Positions 58,812 through 64,000 of a stretch of DNA of 64,000 nt are shown in pieces. The translations under genes and the position numbers were made by a program. The number at the start of each line of letters is the position of its first letter. Positions within the stretch are counted from its first letter, which is position 1. The stretch is taken from the NCBI RefSeq assembly GCF_027921745.1, contig NC_079238.1:4588001-4652000 (forward strand), written 5' to 3'. The notes beneath the pieces were generated by a model. It saw only the letters and a program-made list of their open reading frames with translations. It did no database searches and was not told the DNA's origin. The stretch comes from Schizosaccharomyces osmophilus. Taxonomy: Eukaryota.

Positions 58812-60248
58812 TTATGTTAGACGAGTGCAAGTGTCAAAAAAAAGTCGAGGATTGCCTCCACTCAGAACGTGATTTTGGAGATGGGATTGAACAGGCTCAA
58901 GGCAGACGTTGGAATTTACGAGATGCTCCATGACAGAAAGAGATTCGTTAACTGAATAAGGTTCCATAGGAATGACCTTCACAGATTTAACCGATTCGTA
59001 GACTGAGTTGTTGATGGGAACATAGGGATCAAAGTTAGCCTTGCCAAGAGCAACATCTAGCGACGGAGTTTTTATACGTGGCTGGCTAGAAGTTGCAGCA
59101 AATACTGTTCCACGGTGAAAGGACCGTGCTCCAGACAAATATTCGTAGAGAGATTTTATAAAATAGAAATCGCACGGCGAAAGATTACGGTTTTCTGGAT
59201 TTTTGTACTTGGTAGGGACGGATAAAATAGACAAATTGTCAATGATAAAGAGAACATTGACCGATGAACCAGGTTTTTTGGTGGCAGCATCCAGTTCCTG
59301 CATGAACGGTTGATAAAACTTCACCGACAGCTCAGGATTGCTTGTTACCTTACGCAAAAAAGTATGCAAGTCCGTACCAGCAACAATGGACTTTCCAGGA
59401 ACAAGTTCGTAATTTTTTGATGTGGACAGGGTTCTCAAAATTTTGGAATTAACATTCATGACGGATGTAAGAAATTCTTTTGTAAGCTCTGGCTGTACCC
59501 AAGACTTCGAAGATGGGTTGTACGCATAAGCACTGGAAGAATCGACCCAGCGTTCACAGTTATGCAGTCCCAGCACGACATAATTAGGATGAGAGAACGC
59601 AAAAATCTCAGCTTGAAGAAGAGAAATGCTCCTTCCAGAACCATCCGAGCCATCCAATACATATCGTCCCTTTTCTGAACCCACATCTTTAGAGCGTTGT
59701 AAAATGTTGTAAAGTTTAGTTGTAACTTCTCGGTGTAAAAGGACAGGGTTTGAAAAAAATGAGAAGCTTTTCTTTTGCTTTTCAATAGCACCGAGTGCAT
59801 CTAACTTTTCTAAAAGAGGGTTGGGAATCTCGTACATTTTCCCTTCCGTCTTGGGAGACCAATGCATGGTCTTATGGTTCTCTTTTACATGCTGGTCATC
59901 ATGACTAATAAGCTCATCTAAAACAATACTGCCATTGGAAGATCCTTGACCTTGGCGAGGAGACTTTTTATTCGTCTTATTGCTCTCGTCGTATTCTATT
60001 GATCGGGACTCTTTTTTCCCATTGCTGCGCAGGTTACCAGATTCTCTGTATTGTTCTTTGTCGTTTTCATTTTTATTCAAGGGTTGAAAAGTAGAAAACT
60101 CTTGGATTCCGTTGGAGTTCCTGTATTTTGTTTGTTCAAGCTTGTACGTACAATTGCAAACTCGGTGTCTCCAGGCAAATTTCGACTTTCCTAACAATCC
60201 CGTTCGAACATTCAGCACATTCGAAGTGCTTCTCACATTTGGAAGCAT
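58812..60248 (-). CDS. rsm23: Mitochondrial small-subunit ribosomal protein mS29/DAP3
   Basis: Basic presequence, degenerate P-loop LDGSDGSGRS, WVQP, C-terminal LSGGNPR. Confidence 0.85.
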   Translation of the reverse strand: MLPNVRSTSNVLNVRTGLLGKSKFAWRHRVCNCTYKLEQTKYRNSNGIQEFSTFQPLNKNENDKEQYRESGNLRSNGKKESRSIEYDESNKTNKKSPRQGQGSSNGSIVLDELISHDDQHVKENHKTMHWSPKTEGKMYEIPNPLLEKLDALGAIEKQKKSFSFFSNPVLLHREVTTKLYNILQRSKDVGSEKGRYVLDGSDGSGRSISLLQAEIFAFSHPNYVVLGLHNCERWVDSSSAYAYNPSSKSWVQPELTKEFLTSVMNVNSKILRTLSTSKNYELVPGKSIVAGTDLHTFLRKVTSNPELSVKFYQPFMQELDAATKKPGSSVNVLFIIDNLSILSVPTKYKNPENRNLSPCDFYFIKSLYEYLSGARSFHRGTVFAATSSQPRIKTPSLDVALGKANFDPYVPINNSVYESVKSVKVIPMEPYSVNESLSVMEHLVNSNVCLEPVQSHLQNHVLSGGNPRLFFDTCTRLT

Positions 60249-60365
60249 TTTATATGTCTTTTTCTGTACAATTTATCTTGAAATGGGCATTACGCGGTAA
60301 AGGACATTTGAACCTGACCCCAAGATATCCGGTTACCGATGTACAAGGCCATCGTTATATCAACT

Positions 60366-60375
60366 AGGGTAGGGT
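60366..60375. promoter_or_regulatory. Homol E box AGGGTAGGGT in the rsm23/rrs1 divergent promoter
   Basis: Exact 10-nt consensus. Confidence 0.6.
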
Positions 60376-60648
60376 TAGGAGGATTAGAGAAGACAGAGTG
60401 GTTTTGTACTAGAAAAGTATTTGAATCCTTTCCTACAACTACTACAAAGGAGGTGAATCGAAAAGAAAATTGCTTTTATAAGCACGAAGTCATAATCTGT
60501 AAAAAACTAGAATTAATCCATTTGAACGTGTACACCGAATAATTTAACGGTGAAAATTTTTGAAGGTTTGGTCGATAATTTGGAATTTTTGGGATTTTTA
60601 ACGGTCTATAAAAAACCTTGATAATAAAACAACTTGATTGAAAGGAAA

Positions 60649-61155
60649 ATGTCTACGAGCGTTGAGAAAGCAATTCCCTTGGAGTTCGACTTGGGCAACA
60701 TGAGTGCCTTTGATGTGACCCCCTTAGACCAAACGAAATTGAACTCTCAAAATAGTCGGGAAAAAGAAGATTATTTGGCATCTATGGCTCGTGATAATAC
60801 TCAGTTGCTTGTCAACAAAATGTTGGCTTTACCTAAAGAACGAACTCAAGATGGCGTATTGCTTGCTTTGCCCGAAACTACCACTCCCACTCCGAGAGCT
60901 AAGCATTTGCCCAAGCCTAAACCAGAAACGAAATGGGCACGCTTTGCTCGCCTTAAGGGTATAGCACCCAAGAAGCGCGAAGGAAAATTGGTTTTCGACG
61001 AGGCTTCAGGAGAATGGGTTCCTAAATGGGGATATAAAGGCAAGAACAAAGAGTTGGATACTCAATGGATCGTTGAAGACGGAGAAAGGGAAAAGAAGAT
61101 GACTTCAAAGCAAGTCAGACATAGTTCCAGAGACGCTAAACGCACTCGTCGGTAA
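60649..61155 (+). CDS. rrs1: Ribosome biogenesis protein Rrs1
   Basis: FDLGNM, ARDNTQLLVN, PRAKHLPKPKPETKWARFA, WVPKWGY; ATG at 60649. Confidence 0.93.
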   Translation: MSTSVEKAIPLEFDLGNMSAFDVTPLDQTKLNSQNSREKEDYLASMARDNTQLLVNKMLALPKERTQDGVLLALPETTTPTPRAKHLPKPKPETKWARFARLKGIAPKKREGKLVFDEASGEWVPKWGYKGKNKELDTQWIVEDGEREKKMTSKQVRHSSRDAKRTRR

Positions 61156-61636
61156 AAAAATTATTTTTTTTGGATATGAGGGCCCCTAGGTTTTGCATCT
61201 TCAGAATTCCATTTGTAATTATTTCGTCGTTTAATTTTTAATATAGATTCGGTGGTTCGTAATTCATGAGATAGATTTTTTGTATACGTGTTAAAGTGTA
61301 TGGTTAGCGTGGAAGCAGGAGGATATGGGATTTTAAGGAATCGAAATTGCTCATTTCGACAATAAAAATTGAGAAAAATACAAATAGAAACGACTGCATT
61401 CGTATACCCGTCCGTGTAGACGTATACTTTGCGAGCAGGATATGTGAGCATCATCTATTGTCTGCTTGACAAGAGATTTGTGGATGTACCTACGAACCAT
61501 GATCGTTTCTCGGCACTTGAAATTCAATAATCTATCATTTTGTTTCCACGATGAAAGCTTTTGCTAATAATTATTTCTTACAAATGTACGACATTTTAGA
61601 GGAACATATAGTTTTTAAGCACCCCAATACTGGAAA

Positions 61637-61707
61637 GCATCAGTGGTGTAGCGGTAACATGAATGCTCCCCAAGCATTCGCTCCGGGTTCGACTCCCGGC
61701 TGATGCA
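61637..61707 (+). tRNA. tRNA-Gly, anticodon CCC (61669-61671), intronless, 71 nt
   Basis: Acceptor GCATCAG/CTGATGC-A; D arm with GG; anticodon stem AATGC/GCATT; T arm CCGGG-TTCGACT-CCCGG; T5 terminator at 61719-61723. Confidence 0.95.
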
Positions 61708-62442
61708 ATGTGGAAATATTTTTGCACATTGCATGTGCTCAATATCGTTGTATCTCAGTAGTAAATAAACAAATATGGAGGTTGAATAAAATATTTAAAG
61801 ACTTTGGAAGAAACTGTTATTTAATTTATACTTTTTCTTTTATTTCATGGAAGTTTCTTATTGATATGAGCTTTCTTCGTTTTGCTTCATTTTGTTCGTT
61901 CCTGCAAGTTGAAAGTCGATTCTATTTCACAGTACGTTTAAAGTTGAATGCTTTTCATTGAACCTAAAAGATTGAAACGAGAATATAAAATCTCAAATCA
62001 GTTTCCTTCATCTACCTTGAAGAAGCATCCTCGAGTTTGGCATACTTCATACACATTTTTATACTCGCAGTTTGTCAACTGGAATGTCATTTCTATTTAC
62101 TTTTTCTTAATTCATTTATCGTTCTTTTATTTAATTTATACTAATAGATTACATACAAAGTCAAGGCAACAAGGCTTCATGTCACGCTTCTTTATCACCC
62201 ACTTTTTCCCTATACCTACCTATACGAAGGAATTCGTCGTTAATATCCAATCTTCTCGTTTTTCTACGTACATTGCGTCCATTTTATAGATACTAGAGTG
62301 CAATAACGTTTAATTTTGTTTCTTAAATTGTTAGAAAAAATCATTCCATCCGAAAAATTCACGCGACTAATGCATTGTAACTTATTTTCTTAACTCCCGG
62401 GGCATCGAAAATATATTCTATTTTGGTACTGCCGTATTTACC

Positions 62443-64000
62443 ATGAGTATCCCGAAAATGTTTCAGAGTCGCGGAAAGCGAATTGCGTCGGATACTTTTC
62501 CAGTTACCAGTTTTTCTTGTAGCTTGGACGAAACATTCGCTGTTCGGCGGGAGTCATACCCTTTTGGACAGCAGGATAGCGAGAATCAATCGTTGGCAAG
62601 TATTAGTGTTAAGACAGAACCTATTTTACGCTCTAAAGACAAACAAAAGACGGTTCTCGCTGTTCTTTTGGAATACCGTGATTCTGAAGCGGCGTATGTT
62701 CATGACTTACATGTTGCAAGACGATACTATGCTGAACGGTTAAACGGACACGTAAAAAAAAGCGAATGGAAGAAGGTGTTTCATGTCTTTTTAGAATTAT
62801 GCCAACAGGCGACATTGTTTGAAAGTGAAATTTCTAAAGCATTTGATGAAGAAATTGCAAACATGACTGAAGATATTCAAGTTTCTGTGCGACTAAAGCC
62901 GTCAGTTGCCAAGATATTTCTCAAGTGGCTTCCCAAGCTTTCTTCAGTATACAGTAGGTACTGCCTTGATCAAGATGAAATCGTTACAATCGTTGATAAA
63001 TGGTCTAATAGCCCGTCTATGTCGGATTACTTGCAAGAATGTGATAGCATGGCGAAAATTGAAAGCAAATCTTGGAATTTAGACAGCTTCCTAGTAAAAC
63101 CCATGCAACGCTTCTTAAAATATCCTCTTCTGCTAAACCAGCTATACAAATCAGCCTGTCTAGGAATGATTCAGGATTATGTATTACTTGGAGAAGCGTG
63201 TCATCAGTCAGAACTAGCCAGTCAAAGAGCTAATGAAATGAAGCGTCGGCGGGATATAGTAGTCGATGCTTTGAAGGCTGTAACGGATACCCAAGAAATT
63301 TTGGTGCTCTCTACAGACACAATATCCAAAAAAATTTCAAAGGTAAATTTTTTATATGTTATTGACCGTTGGCTAACAAACCTTTTTTAGCTTAAAACTT
63401 CGATTAACGTTTTCTACATTCCTGAACATGAATATATCGTTTCCCTAATACAAGATTTGTTTTCTTCCTACAGTCACTTGGTCGAGCTTCGGACGTCAAT
63501 ATGCGAATGGATCAAATACTCTAGAATGCATTACACCCATATGCACGCGTTTGTAGATTCCTACGTACGCTTTTGTAAAGAAACACCCTCCATACAGAAG
63601 TGGGTTCCGATTTCCTTAGAGTTGCAAAACATTGCCAAGGGTGCTATTCTGTGTCTTATCGAGCAATGTCAAAAAGATGTACTTAAACCCATGTCGAAAG
63701 CCATTCACTATTGTCGCAACCCTCTGTATATTGCGGATGTTTGGATACAACGTGCTTCAGCATTTTCTAAACGGCGGCATTCTGGTTTGACCATAGAAGC
63801 CGATTTGGAATCGTTTCCGCTGCTAAGCAATTGTTTACTGGAAGAACTACCAACTCTGCTTAGCTTAGCACGTTCTACAACCGATGAATGCATTGTGGCT
63901 TTTTCGAAATCGCAAGCAACCTTCTATGCTACTGTGACGAAAAGTCTGACACCTTTTGTATCTTTGTTTTCAACTGTTAATTTCAGCAATTTAAGGGCCA
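62443..64000 (+). CDS. gef3: RhoGEF (DH domain) Gef3, 3'-truncated by the window edge; intron 63343-63390
   Basis: DH motifs EYRDSEAAYVHDL and LDSFLVKPMQRFLKYPLLL; frame continues after the intron. Confidence 0.88.

Overview
Gene-dense, AT-rich nuclear DNA from a fission yeast. It is Schizosaccharomyces but diverged from S. pombe, probably the octosporus/cryophilus/osmophilus group; the species cannot be fixed from the sequence alone. Introns are short with GTAWGT...CTRAY...YAG signals. About 33 protein-coding genes can be modelled, several absent from or fragmented in the ORF track because of introns (eri1/PIG-Y, gim4, psf3, vps71, atp14, trt1). From memory of S. pombe systematic IDs, the left part (gup1 to psf3) follows the chromosome I SPAPB21F2/SPAC227 order and the right part (rpl8 to gef3) follows the chromosome II SPBC29A3 order, with a synteny break at about 37.6-39.0 kb. 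The main hidden element is an ORF-less, six-exon non-coding host transcript at about 35.4-36.7 kb. Each of its five introns carries one box C/D snoRNA, recognisable by rRNA antisense elements as snR78, snR77, snR75, snR74 and snR73; several have non-canonical C boxes. Also present: a tRNA-Gly(CCC) with C instead of the near-universal U33, a splice-dependent uORF at yth1, a possible alternative 3' splice site in eri1, Homol D/E promoter boxes and a compound microsatellite. Gene symbols come from recognised motifs plus recalled synteny, not from database searches.
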